Shown here: positions 46,372-55,919 of the stretch, one piece after another
Layout: each line of letters begins with the position of its first letter
Position numbering within the stretch: position 1 is the first letter of the stretch
DNA from: a virus
Lineage: Duplodnaviria > Caudoviricetes
IMG/VR virus record: IMGVR_UViG_3300046787_000377
Span: 1-59,810 of that record
Length of the DNA stretch: 59,810 nt
Reading direction: 5' to 3' (one strand)
The notes under the pieces: model-generated
The model's input: the letters and a program-made list of their open reading frames with translations, nothing else
The model's database searches: none
Told to the model about the DNA's origin: nothing
Made by a program: the position numbers and the translations under genes

Positions 46372-48684
46372 ATGGCAGAAAAGATTGTATCACCTGGTGT
46401 ATTCACAAGAGAAAATGACCTTTCATTCTTAGCACAGGGAATTGGAGAAATAGGAGCAGCAATAGTAGGACCTTTTGCTAAAGGACCGGCGTTCTTACCA
46501 ACTGTGGTTAATACACAATCAGAATTTGAGGAAATATTCGGTACACCTGATGGAACATACTATACAGGGTACGCAGTTCAAAATTATTTAAGAGAAGCAG
46601 GGACAGTAACTATTGTTCGTGTAGGCCACGTTGGTGGATATTCTCACGTTGACCCAATTGCTATTGCAGTTAGTGGTTCAACTGCACAAGGTGGAATAAA
46701 AATTATAGGTTCGTTACACGTAACGAATGAAAATAATGAAGATGTAGGTTTAACCGGTTCGGTAATCACATCAAGTCCATCAGCATCAGCATTCCAAATT
46801 AGTGGTTCAACACTTGGATATAATCAATCTGCATCAATTGACCCTGCAGCAGGTAATGATTTATCTGATGTATTTGGAGAATCTCCATTTGGAAGTAAAA
46901 ATGCATATACATACACTTATTTTGAAAAAACTGCTACAACTGCAGTTGCTAATGATTTAGTATCTGGTTCAAGTGTAGTATTAGTACAATTACCAACTCA
47001 AGAATTTACAGAAGATATCACATTCGCATCTACTCCGTGGATTAAATCTCAATTGATTAGTGGTGAAAGACATGAATTATTCCGTTTCCATACATTAGGA
47101 GATGGTAACCCATACAACACACAATATAAAATTGGTATTTCAAACGTAAGAGCAGCAGGTGATTCTGCAGCAACTGATTACTCTACATTTACTGTAACAG
47201 TTCGTGGTTTTGCAGATACTGATAAGAAAAAAGTTGTATTAGAAACATATAACAATGTAACATTAGACCCTGCATCATCTAACTACATCGCAAGAGTAAT
47301 TGGTGACAGAAATGTAACAATTGATGAAAATGGTAAACAAAATGAAACGGGTGATTATGCAAATCGTTCTAAGTTCATTAGAGTAGAAGTTAGAGAAGAT
47401 GGTACGTTCCCAATTATAGCTGGTCCGTTTGCACATGGTGCATATACTAACCCAATTTTTGTTGATGGTAACGAATCTATCGTTCCTGCAGTAACTTACT
47501 CAACTGGTTCTGCAGTAAATACATCATCATCTACAACTAGATTCTCTGGTATTGATTTAGAATCTGCTGGAACTAGAATAAACAATTTACAATATTTGAA
47601 ACCACTTCCTTTAAATGCAGAAACTGGTGCTAACGTTGATTTTGGTTTAGATACACTTTTAGATTTAGAATTAACTACTCCAATAACTGCTAACGATGTT
47701 TCTAAAAGACAATTCATCGTTGCTTTTCAAGGTGGATTTGATGGTGTAACTCCAACAAGAACAATTGATAAAGGTAGTGATATAAGTGAAGGAAACTCAC
47801 AAGGATTCGATTTATCTACTTCAGTAGCAAGTGGTTCAGTTGCTTACAAAAAAGCAATCGATTCGGTATCTAATCCTGATGATTTTGATATCAACTTAAT
47901 CGCAGCACCTGGTGTTGTAAGAGAAAATCATCCATATGTATTCGATTACATTTCTGAAATGTGTGAGAATAGAGAAGATGTATTCTTCATTGGTGATGTA
48001 GTAGGACAAAATTCTACCATTGGAACTGCAGTAGACCAGGCAGGAGCAGTAGATTCTAACTATGTTGGAACATACTACCCGTGGGTTAAGACAATCGATA
48101 GAAACACAAATAAATTAACTGCAGTACCACCATCAGTATTGATGCCAGGTATATACGCAGCGAACGATGCAGTTGCAGCAGAATGGTTTGCACCAGCAGG
48201 TTTGAATAGAGGTGGTATCGTTGGAGCAGTTTCAGTATTGAATAGATTAACACATTCCGAAAGAGATGAATTATATGAAGGTAAAGTAAACCCAATCGCT
48301 TCTTTCCCTGGTGAGGGTATCGTGGCATTTGGACAGAAAACTTTACAAGAAAAATCATCTGCATTAGATAGAATTAACGTAAGAAGATTACTTATCAAAG
48401 TTAAGAAGTATATCGCTTCTACTTCAAGATACTTAGTGTTCGAACAAAATACAGCAACAACACGTTCAAGATTCTTAAATACAGTAAATCCATATTTAGA
48501 GGGTATCCAACAAAGACAAGGTTTATTTGCATTTAGAGTAGTGATGGATGAATCAAACAACACTCCTGATGTAATCGATAGAAACATCTTAGCAGGTCAA
48601 ATTTTCTTACAACCTACTAAAACTGCTGAATTTATCGTATTAGATTTCAACATCTTACCAACAGGAGCATCATTCTCAGCGTAA
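46372..48684 (+). CDS. Tail sheath protein (gp18-like)
   Basis: SPGVFTRE, WFAPAGLNRG, GQKTL, DRINVRRL, FEQN. Confidence 0.95.
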   Translation: MAEKIVSPGVFTRENDLSFLAQGIGEIGAAIVGPFAKGPAFLPTVVNTQSEFEEIFGTPDGTYYTGYAVQNYLREAGTVTIVRVGHVGGYSHVDPIAIAVSGSTAQGGIKIIGSLHVTNENNEDVGLTGSVITSSPSASAFQISGSTLGYNQSASIDPAAGNDLSDVFGESPFGSKNAYTYTYFEKTATTAVANDLVSGSSVVLVQLPTQEFTEDITFASTPWIKSQLISGERHELFRFHTLGDGNPYNTQYKIGISNVRAAGDSAATDYSTFTVTVRGFADTDKKKVVLETYNNVTLDPASSNYIARVIGDRNVTIDENGKQNETGDYANRSKFIRVEVREDGTFPIIAGPFAHGAYTNPIFVDGNESIVPAVTYSTGSAVNTSSSTTRFSGIDLESAGTRINNLQYLKPLPLNAETGANVDFGLDTLLDLELTTPITANDVSKRQFIVAFQGGFDGVTPTRTIDKGSDISEGNSQGFDLSTSVASGSVAYKKAIDSVSNPDDFDINLIAAPGVVRENHPYVFDYISEMCENREDVFFIGDVVGQNSTIGTAVDQAGAVDSNYVGTYYPWVKTIDRNTNKLTAVPPSVLMPGIYAANDAVAAEWFAPAGLNRGGIVGAVSVLNRLTHSERDELYEGKVNPIASFPGEGIVAFGQKTLQEKSSALDRINVRRLLIKVKKYIASTSRYLVFEQNTATTRSRFLNTVNPYLEGIQQRQGLFAFRVVMDESNNTPDVIDRNILAGQIFLQPTKTAEFIVLDFNILPTGASFSA

Positions 48685-48740
48685 ACAATTAAAAAAAAGA
48701 GAAACATTATATTTATTAGTATAATAGGAGAAAAATAAAA

Positions 48741-49229
48741 ATGGCAGAAGTATTAGAATTTAACGACATGTTTTATACCAATTTCGAACCAAAAATGAAG
48801 AATCGCTTCATTATGGAAGTCGGTGGTATCCCTGCATATCTTATCAAAACAGCAAATAGACCTTCAATTCAATTTGAAAAGGTAACCTTAGACCATATAA
48901 ATGTTAAAAGACAATTAAAAGGTAAAGGTGAGTGGCAAGATATCGAAATCACTCTTTATGACCCAATTGTACCATCAGGTGCACAAGCGGTAATGGAGTG
49001 GGTACGTTTATCACACGAATCATTAACAGGTCGTGATGGATATGCTGATTTCTATAAAAAAGATATCGATTTGTATATGTTAGGACCAGTTGGTGATAAA
49101 ATTGAACAATGGAAAATCAAAGGTGCATTTATTACCAATGCAACGTTCAACGATTTAGATTGGGCTTCAAATGACCCATCTGATATCACATTAACAATAG
49201 CATATGATTACGCTATATTAGAATTCTAA
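48741..49229 (+). CDS. Tail tube protein (gp19-like)
   Basis: NRF..RPS..KGKGEWQDIEITLYD..W.IKGAF..LTIAYDYA. Confidence 0.9.
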   Translation: MAEVLEFNDMFYTNFEPKMKNRFIMEVGGIPAYLIKTANRPSIQFEKVTLDHINVKRQLKGKGEWQDIEITLYDPIVPSGAQAVMEWVRLSHESLTGRDGYADFYKKDIDLYMLGPVGDKIEQWKIKGAFITNATFNDLDWASNDPSDITLTIAYDYAILEF

Positions 49230-49253
49230 TACAAAGTTAAAAATAAAAATAAG

Positions 49254-49281
49254 AAAGGAGATAGTAATATCTCCTTTTTTT
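49254..49281 (+). terminator. Intrinsic terminator with GTAA loop
   Basis: aaaggagata-gtaa-tatctcc followed by a T tract. Confidence 0.85.
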
Positions 49282-49335
49282 ATAACTTTTTTTAATTTAT
49301 ATATTTATATACAAATAACAAAATAAAGGTTAATT

Positions 49336-50088
49336 ATGTCACAATATGATTTCGCAACCGAAATAGTTGCTCTACCATCGGAAGGTAAGTGTTATCCAGA
49401 GAGTAATCCACTTTCATCTGGACAAATCGAATTAAAGTATATGACTGCAAGAGAAGAAGAAATTCTTTCAACACAAAGTTTAATTAAAAAGGGTGTTGTA
49501 TTGGATAAATTGTTCGAAGCAATTATAGTAGATAAAAAAATAAATCCAGATGATATTCTTTTAGGTGATAAAAATGCTATTATGTTAGCAACTCGTATTT
49601 TAGGTTATGGGCCTGAATATAAAGTAGAAGTTGTTTTAGATAATGGTGATAAAGAAGAAGTTGTAGTTGATTTAGGTAAAGTTCAAACAAAAGAAATTGA
49701 TTTTACTAAATTATCAAAAGAAAATCGTTACACTTTTAAAACATCAACTGGTAATGAAATAGTATTTAAATTACTAACTCATGGTGATGAGAAAAAAATT
49801 GATATGGATGTTAAAGCAATGCAACGTCTAAGTAAAGATGGTGGCAGTGAATTAACAACTAGATATCGTTACATGATTCTATCAATTGATGGTAAGGAAG
49901 ATACTAAAAGTATTACCGATTTTATTAATAACCGATTCCTTGCAAGAGATACTAAAGCTTTTAGAGAACATTTGAAAGAATTACAACCTGACATCAAAAT
50001 GGAATTTGATTTCACCAACCCAGAGACGGGAGAAACGGAGGTACGCCCAATTCCTATGGGTGTAGGGTTTTTTTGGCCTACCGAATAA
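49336..50088 (+). CDS. Baseplate hub assembly / tail chaperone (T4 gp26-like)
   Basis: LPSEG..MTAREEEIL; ends FFWP; between tube and tape measure. Confidence 0.75.
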   Translation: MSQYDFATEIVALPSEGKCYPESNPLSSGQIELKYMTAREEEILSTQSLIKKGVVLDKLFEAIIVDKKINPDDILLGDKNAIMLATRILGYGPEYKVEVVLDNGDKEEVVVDLGKVQTKEIDFTKLSKENRYTFKTSTGNEIVFKLLTHGDEKKIDMDVKAMQRLSKDGGSELTTRYRYMILSIDGKEDTKSITDFINNRFLARDTKAFREHLKELQPDIKMEFDFTNPETGETEVRPIPMGVGFFWPTE

Positions 50089-50299
50089 CTATGGGGTTTA
50101 CCTACATAAACAAATTTTTGAATTATGTTATTATGGAAATGGGTTTACACAAATGGATGTATATCGTTTACCAGTTCATCTTAGAAATTTCTACTACAAA
50201 CAGTTGGTTGATGCTAAGAAAAAAGAACAAGATGATATGAAAAAAACATCAAAACCCACAAATAATAGTAACGGACCTAATATAAGAGTGAGGAAATAA
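50075..50299 (+). CDS. gp51-like chaperone domain, probably expressed by frameshift from the upstream ORF (not in ORF track)
   Basis: +1 frame is open from the T7 run: GLPNNYGVYLHKQIFELCYYGNGFTQMDVYRLPVHLRNFYYKQL...; first ATG only at 50153. Confidence 0.6.
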   Translation, partial: GLPNNYGVYLHKQIFELCYYGNGFTQMDVYRLPVHLRNFYYKQLVDAKKKEQDDMKKTSKPTNNSNGPNIRVRK

Positions 50300-50314
50300 T
50301 TCCTCACTTTTTTT
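50287..50314 (+). terminator. Intrinsic terminator
   Basis: agtgaggaa-ataa-ttcctcact followed by a T tract. Confidence 0.85.
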
Positions 50315-50350
50315 ATGCTCTATATTTATAGTAGTATAATTGGAGACGAT

Positions 50351-50617
50351 ATGAAAATTACAAACGAAGATAGAAAATTATTTAAGGAAACCTATACAAA
50401 ATACAAACTAAAAGAAGGTATTTTAAGTAGAATATTCTTGCGTGTATTAAAAAGTAATATAAAAAATGATAAAGGTATCCAATCTGCAATTAAAGATGCG
50501 GATGCATCATTACAAAACGCACAAAAAAAGATTGAAGATAGATTTAACGGAGATAAAGAGCAAGTAAAACAAGCAATACCAGATAATGTAAGAAAATATT
50601 TGGGATTTGATTATTAA
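50351..50617 (+). CDS. Hypothetical protein
   Basis: Start moved to 50351, downstream of a GGAG SD and the promoter motif at 50322. Confidence 0.6.
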   Translation: MKITNEDRKLFKETYTKYKLKEGILSRIFLRVLKSNIKNDKGIQSAIKDADASLQNAQKKIEDRFNGDKEQVKQAIPDNVRKYLGFDY

Positions 50618-50619
50618 TT

Positions 50620-53151
50620 ATGGCTAATAGACAAACACAAGAAGAAAGAGAATATCAAGATAGTTTGAAGATTACTCAAAGTATGTTGGGTGATATTTCT
50701 CGTGCAATGGCCGACACTGCAAATTCTGCCGATGGTAGAAATAGAGCATTAGAACAACAAATAGATATAACTAGAGATATAATACATAATTTAAGTGATG
50801 TTAAAGATTATGAAAAAACAATAAATCAAATATTAACTCAACAAACTCAAATCAATAATACAAATTATGGTATTAATGAACGATTAAGACAAGTTCAATT
50901 AGCACAATTAGATGCTGCGTTAGGAATATTGAGAGCAGGAGAAGATACTGAAAACGTATTTAGAAGAGTAAATAGTATAACAGGTGAAACAACCGATAAA
51001 TTTAGTTCTGGCATTGATGATATAATGTCTAAATTAGAAGATATTCCGATTGTAGGTAAAACTTTAAAAAACTTTTTCCAACCATTTGCAGATTCTGCTA
51101 AATCTGTTATCAGTAAAACCGCAGATAAATTTACAAACGGATTTACAACTGCTTTTGCAAGTGCTCGAGCAGGTGGTGTATCATTCACAAGTTCATTAGG
51201 CCAAGGTATTAGTGGTGGTGTTAAGGGTATGAGTAGTATGATAGGTGTTGTCGGTAAATTATTGGCAGCAATAAATCCAGTCGTATTAGCGGTAATAGCA
51301 ATTGGATTAGCAGCATATGCAGGATATAAACGATTCGTAGAATTAGATGCTGCAGCAAAAGGTTTTAGAGAAGAAACGGGATTATTAAATTCACAAACAC
51401 GTGGATTACAAAGTAACATAAAGTCAGTATCGAATGAATTTGCAGGATTGGGAGTTTCAGCAGAAGATGTTGGAAAATCAGCCGCAGCATTCACAAATGA
51501 ATTCGCTGGATTAGAACAACCATCTAAGGCAGTTTTAGGTTCGATGGTTTCTCTTAACAAAAATTTTGGTATAGGAGTCGAAGAAGGTGCACAATTAAAT
51601 AAAGTATTTCAAAATATTGGTGGATTATCTGCCGCACAATCTCAAGCATTAATTGGTCAAACTGCTGAAATGGCTAGAATGGCCGGAGTTGCACCACAAA
51701 AAGTGATAAGAGATATGGCAGAGAATTCTGAAACTGCGTATCGTTATTTCAATGGTTCACCGAAAGAACTTGCAAAGGCAGCAGTTCAAGCAGCAAAATT
51801 AGGAACATCAATTGCTCAAGCAGGAAAAGTTGCAGATGGGTTGTTAGATTTTGAAAGTAGTATTACTGCAGAATTAGAGGCAAGTGCTTTATTAGGTACT
51901 AATATTAATTTAGGTCAAGCACGTTACCTAGCAGCAAATGGAAAAATATTAGAATCACAACAGGCAGTTTTAGATGAAGTTGCAGGTATCGGTGATTTAA
52001 CAAAATTAAACACATATGAACAAGAAGCTCTTGCAAAGGCTACTAATATGGAGTTTGGCGATTTAGTAAATCAACAAAGAATTAGAGAAAGATTTGGTAA
52101 ACTAAATGAAGAACAATTAGCAGCAGCAAATGCTTTGGTTGATAGTGGTAGAGATATATCAGAATTAACTGATAAAGATTTAGCAGCTCAAACACAACGT
52201 TTGGCTTCACAAAAAGAAATGCAAAGTTATATGGATGATATGCAAAACACATCCGGTGCGTTATCTACTGCATTTATGGATATGTTTGAACCTGTAACAT
52301 CGTTTGTTATGCCGGTTTTGGGTGATTTATTTAAAATTTTATCTAAGGTATTGTTACCTATATTTAGAATTATTGGTATTGTATTTAAAGCAGTATTTAA
52401 ACCATTAAAAGCAATTTATGATTTAGTATCTGCAATTGTAATGCCATTTATAGAAATTACATCTGCTATAATAGATGCATTAATAACACCATTTGAAACT
52501 GCACTTGATGCATTAGACCCATTATTTACAAAAATTTCACAATTAAAAGATGTAACAATGCGTGCCGCTGGTCCTATTATGAATGTATTCAAAGCAATAG
52601 CTAGTGTAGTTGGTGGTGTTTTGGGTGGTGCAATTGGATTGGTTGTAGATACATTAGTTACTGGAATTGATATAATATTCAAAGGAATTTCAGCAATAGG
52701 TTCATTTATAAATGATTACTTAGTACAACCGATTATGTCGGTTGTAAATACAATTGGTGGTGCATTTAGTTCTATTGGTAATTTTGTAGGAATTTCTGGA
52801 GAATCTACAAATAATACCGGTAGTACAACTACACCTTCTATAAATGATGGAGTAGTTCAAGATGGTAAGGTAGTTTCGACTAATCCATTAGATACCATAA
52901 TTGCAATGAAGAAACCAGAAGAACTTGCAAATACTGGTATTACTAATCAAACATCTTCTAATATTTCTAACACCACCATTCAACCAACACCTACGATTGA
53001 TATTTCGGCGTTGGTAAATAAAATGGATGAGATGATACAAGCAGTATCTGCAAATAGAGATGTGTATATGGATAGAGAAAAAGTTTCATCTGCTGTAGTA
53101 ACATCATCAGAAAAAAGTTCACAAAATAGATTTGGATTAATGGGAGCGTAA
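50620..53151 (+). CDS. Tape measure protein
   Basis: Ala/Gly-rich helical protein with amphipathic repeats, downstream of the tail chaperones. Confidence 0.8.
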   Translation: MANRQTQEEREYQDSLKITQSMLGDISRAMADTANSADGRNRALEQQIDITRDIIHNLSDVKDYEKTINQILTQQTQINNTNYGINERLRQVQLAQLDAALGILRAGEDTENVFRRVNSITGETTDKFSSGIDDIMSKLEDIPIVGKTLKNFFQPFADSAKSVISKTADKFTNGFTTAFASARAGGVSFTSSLGQGISGGVKGMSSMIGVVGKLLAAINPVVLAVIAIGLAAYAGYKRFVELDAAAKGFREETGLLNSQTRGLQSNIKSVSNEFAGLGVSAEDVGKSAAAFTNEFAGLEQPSKAVLGSMVSLNKNFGIGVEEGAQLNKVFQNIGGLSAAQSQALIGQTAEMARMAGVAPQKVIRDMAENSETAYRYFNGSPKELAKAAVQAAKLGTSIAQAGKVADGLLDFESSITAELEASALLGTNINLGQARYLAANGKILESQQAVLDEVAGIGDLTKLNTYEQEALAKATNMEFGDLVNQQRIRERFGKLNEEQLAAANALVDSGRDISELTDKDLAAQTQRLASQKEMQSYMDDMQNTSGALSTAFMDMFEPVTSFVMPVLGDLFKILSKVLLPIFRIIGIVFKAVFKPLKAIYDLVSAIVMPFIEITSAIIDALITPFETALDALDPLFTKISQLKDVTMRAAGPIMNVFKAIASVVGGVLGGAIGLVVDTLVTGIDIIFKGISAIGSFINDYLVQPIMSVVNTIGGAFSSIGNFVGISGESTNNTGSTTTPSINDGVVQDGKVVSTNPLDTIIAMKKPEELANTGITNQTSSNISNTTIQPTPTIDISALVNKMDEMIQAVSANRDVYMDREKVSSAVVTSSEKSSQNRFGLMGA

Positions 53152-53153
53152 AT

Positions 53154-55610
53154 ATGCCAACAATATTAGAATTATTTAGAGGTTCAAGTAAAGATATATC
53201 TCCAAAGATAACAGACCAAACTCCCATACAAGAGAGATTTAGTGGTTCTACTCAAGAAAGTGCGATACAACCAACTAGAGATACTGTCTTAAAAGGGCCG
53301 CGTGATGTTATCCGATTTATTGCCGGTAGATTAACTACTGGTATTCGTTTTACAAGTAAAGTAGAATTAAACAATCCTCTAATATATGGTAATCAAGCAA
53401 TCCGTATAGCAACACGTAGTACACCAGATGTTGAAAAGATGAAACAAGCTACGAATGGTGATGCTGCAACAGGTGGTTTAATTGGTAAAGCTTTAGGATT
53501 TGTTACTGATGGGTTTATTGGTAAAATAGCATTCGGTGGTAGAGTATCATCTTTGAGTGAAGCTAGAAATGCTGTAAATTCACGTTTAGGAATTCCTCAA
53601 AATTTAATTCCAACTGCAGTAATAAACGCAGGTGAGTTACAAACATCGGACGAGCCAAACACAATGATTACTCTTGCCAAAATCAAAAAAGATGGTGCCG
53701 GAACGGAATTAGGTAAATTTCTAAAAAATACTGGTGGAGGTAATCCTAAAACATTAGGTAGACAAATTTTAGGACAGGGTATAACATTAGGAAAGGCTCA
53801 AATCAGAAAAGACCTTTTTGGCTCACCGGCTACAACTGGTATTAATAATCCAACTCCGTATCTTTCTTCTTATGGTATTTTTGAATACACATCAAAATCA
53901 CCATATTCATCTCAAATAAATAATCAAAAATTTGGTGATAAAAAATTACCTACTGCAACAGATACCGAAGCTACTAATATTACTAAAAAAGTAACACAAC
54001 TTCGTGAAGATGCAAAAAAGAAATTAGGTGAAACCAAAGCAAATTCAACTGCTTTATTAAAGCAAAAATTAACTGGTAAAGAATCCAAACCCGAAATAGA
54101 TAAGGCAGTTGAATCGGAAACAAAAGAAACATCTGCTACTCAAGAAAAATATACTGAACAATTATCAAATTATAAAACTGAAACTATAAAAGATTTGGCA
54201 ATACGTGATAAATATGCAATAGATTTATCATTAGTATCACCAATAAAAGGAATTCGTAGAAAGCAAGGTAATAATCCAGGTAGATTTGGTAAAACTGAAT
54301 ACGCATTCGAAGACCCAAAAAATAGAACTGGATTCATCATGCCAAATGACCCTACTAGAAACTATACTAAAGTAGTAGCTTCAGGTACTCAATCTAAAAG
54401 AACAATATTAAATGGTAAAGGTTTAAGTAATAAAGAAGATTCATTAAATAAACTTTTAAAGGGTAAACAATCAACCGATAGTGATTTCGGTGATTTTATA
54501 CCACTAAGAATGTCATCTGCAATAGATACGGATTCATTTGTGTATTTTAGAGCTATCATAACCGGATTAACTGAAACTAGTTCACCATCGTGGGAAAGTT
54601 CAAAATTTGTAGGTAATCCATATAATTTTTACACTTATAGTGGGGTAGAACGAAGTATTAGTTTTACATTAAGAACTTATTGTATGAGTTCAACTGAACT
54701 TGCCTTAATGTGGGAACGTTTAGAATGGTTGACTAGTCAAACTTATCCATTAATTAAAAATAAAATGGTTCAAGCTCCATTTATGAAAATGACTATTGGT
54801 AGTATTTATAAAAATAAAATTGGATTTATAAATTCTTTATCATACACCATTAATGATGATGTGACGTGGGAAACTGAAATAAAGGATAACTGGTTACCAA
54901 AAGTAGTTGATGTTCAAATAGAATTTAAATTAGTAGAAAGTGCTGGTGCTGAAAAAGGTAATCTTTATAACTATGCACTAACATCGGAAGCAAGAGCTCG
55001 TATTGATAATTCACGTAAAGAAGGTGAGGTGATAGGACAAGACCCAATTACACAACCACAAACGGCTAAATCAGTTGATATCAAAAAAGTAAAAGGTTTA
55101 GAAGATACTAAACTACCAGTTCCAAAGGTAGATAGTGCCGGTGTTCCTCAATCTCAACCACCTGCATCTAAAACTGATAATACACCGAAGGATATAAACA
55201 CAGGTAAACCAGCGGATACACCAAAAACGGCAGAAAACCCTACAACAGTAGACGAAGCTCTTAAAAAAGTAGAATCGGAAATAAGTAAGATAATTGCTGA
55301 TATACCAAAAGAATTCAGTGAATATCCAGAATGGACATACGGAACGTTCAGACATAGCAAAATAGTAGCTGGTAAATCAGGTAAAATTTCAAATATTAAA
55401 AAAATAGATGAAAAAACCTATTATTTTAGGGTAACTGATTCAAATGGAAATGAAGATGATTATGTGGCAGAATACATAGATGCTAACAATGCAAGAAGAA
55501 TTGCTTATTTCGTATGGTCTGCACAAAATGGTGGAAATGACCCAATATCATTATTATCTAACGAGGGTGATGAAGAAGTTTCAAGTTTAACTGGTTATGC
55601 TCAAAATTAA
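53154..55610 (+). CDS. Tail/baseplate protein with tube-like domain
   Basis: FRAIITGLTE..W...GNPYNFYTYSGVERSISF..P.MKMTIG. Confidence 0.6.
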   Translation: MPTILELFRGSSKDISPKITDQTPIQERFSGSTQESAIQPTRDTVLKGPRDVIRFIAGRLTTGIRFTSKVELNNPLIYGNQAIRIATRSTPDVEKMKQATNGDAATGGLIGKALGFVTDGFIGKIAFGGRVSSLSEARNAVNSRLGIPQNLIPTAVINAGELQTSDEPNTMITLAKIKKDGAGTELGKFLKNTGGGNPKTLGRQILGQGITLGKAQIRKDLFGSPATTGINNPTPYLSSYGIFEYTSKSPYSSQINNQKFGDKKLPTATDTEATNITKKVTQLREDAKKKLGETKANSTALLKQKLTGKESKPEIDKAVESETKETSATQEKYTEQLSNYKTETIKDLAIRDKYAIDLSLVSPIKGIRRKQGNNPGRFGKTEYAFEDPKNRTGFIMPNDPTRNYTKVVASGTQSKRTILNGKGLSNKEDSLNKLLKGKQSTDSDFGDFIPLRMSSAIDTDSFVYFRAIITGLTETSSPSWESSKFVGNPYNFYTYSGVERSISFTLRTYCMSSTELALMWERLEWLTSQTYPLIKNKMVQAPFMKMTIGSIYKNKIGFINSLSYTINDDVTWETEIKDNWLPKVVDVQIEFKLVESAGAEKGNLYNYALTSEARARIDNSRKEGEVIGQDPITQPQTAKSVDIKKVKGLEDTKLPVPKVDSAGVPQSQPPASKTDNTPKDINTGKPADTPKTAENPTTVDEALKKVESEISKIIADIPKEFSEYPEWTYGTFRHSKIVAGKSGKISNIKKIDEKTYYFRVTDSNGNEDDYVAEYIDANNARRIAYFVWSAQNGGNDPISLLSNEGDEEVSSLTGYAQN

Positions 55611-55624
55611 AAATAGTAATAATT

Positions 55625-55912
55625 ATGTCAAGATATACAAATAATCAAATACAAAAACTAAAAGATGGTAGAAATGTATATAGAACTAAAATCTATCCAA
55701 ATATACCTTTATCCGATAGTGACATTTACGCAGTGACTCAGACAGGTGATAGATTAGATACACTTGCACATCAATTTTTTGGAGATGCATCCTTATGGTG
55801 GATTATAGCAACGACTAATAACATTCACGACGCACCATTCGCAATCGCAGATGGTACGATTTTAAGAATTCCAATGAATTACACCGAAATAATTAATAAT
55901 TTTACAAAATAA
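55625..55912 (+). CDS. LysM-like baseplate wedge protein (gp53-like)
   Basis: GDRLDTLAHQFFGDASLWWIIA..N..GTILRIP. Confidence 0.8.
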   Translation: MSRYTNNQIQKLKDGRNVYRTKIYPNIPLSDSDIYAVTQTGDRLDTLAHQFFGDASLWWIIATTNNIHDAPFAIADGTILRIPMNYTEIINNFTK

Positions 55913-55919
55913 TAAGCAA

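Noticed and set aside
50315-50350. Tracked start at 50315
   Set aside because: It lies upstream of the promoter motif and adjacent to the terminator; ATG 50351 has an SD.
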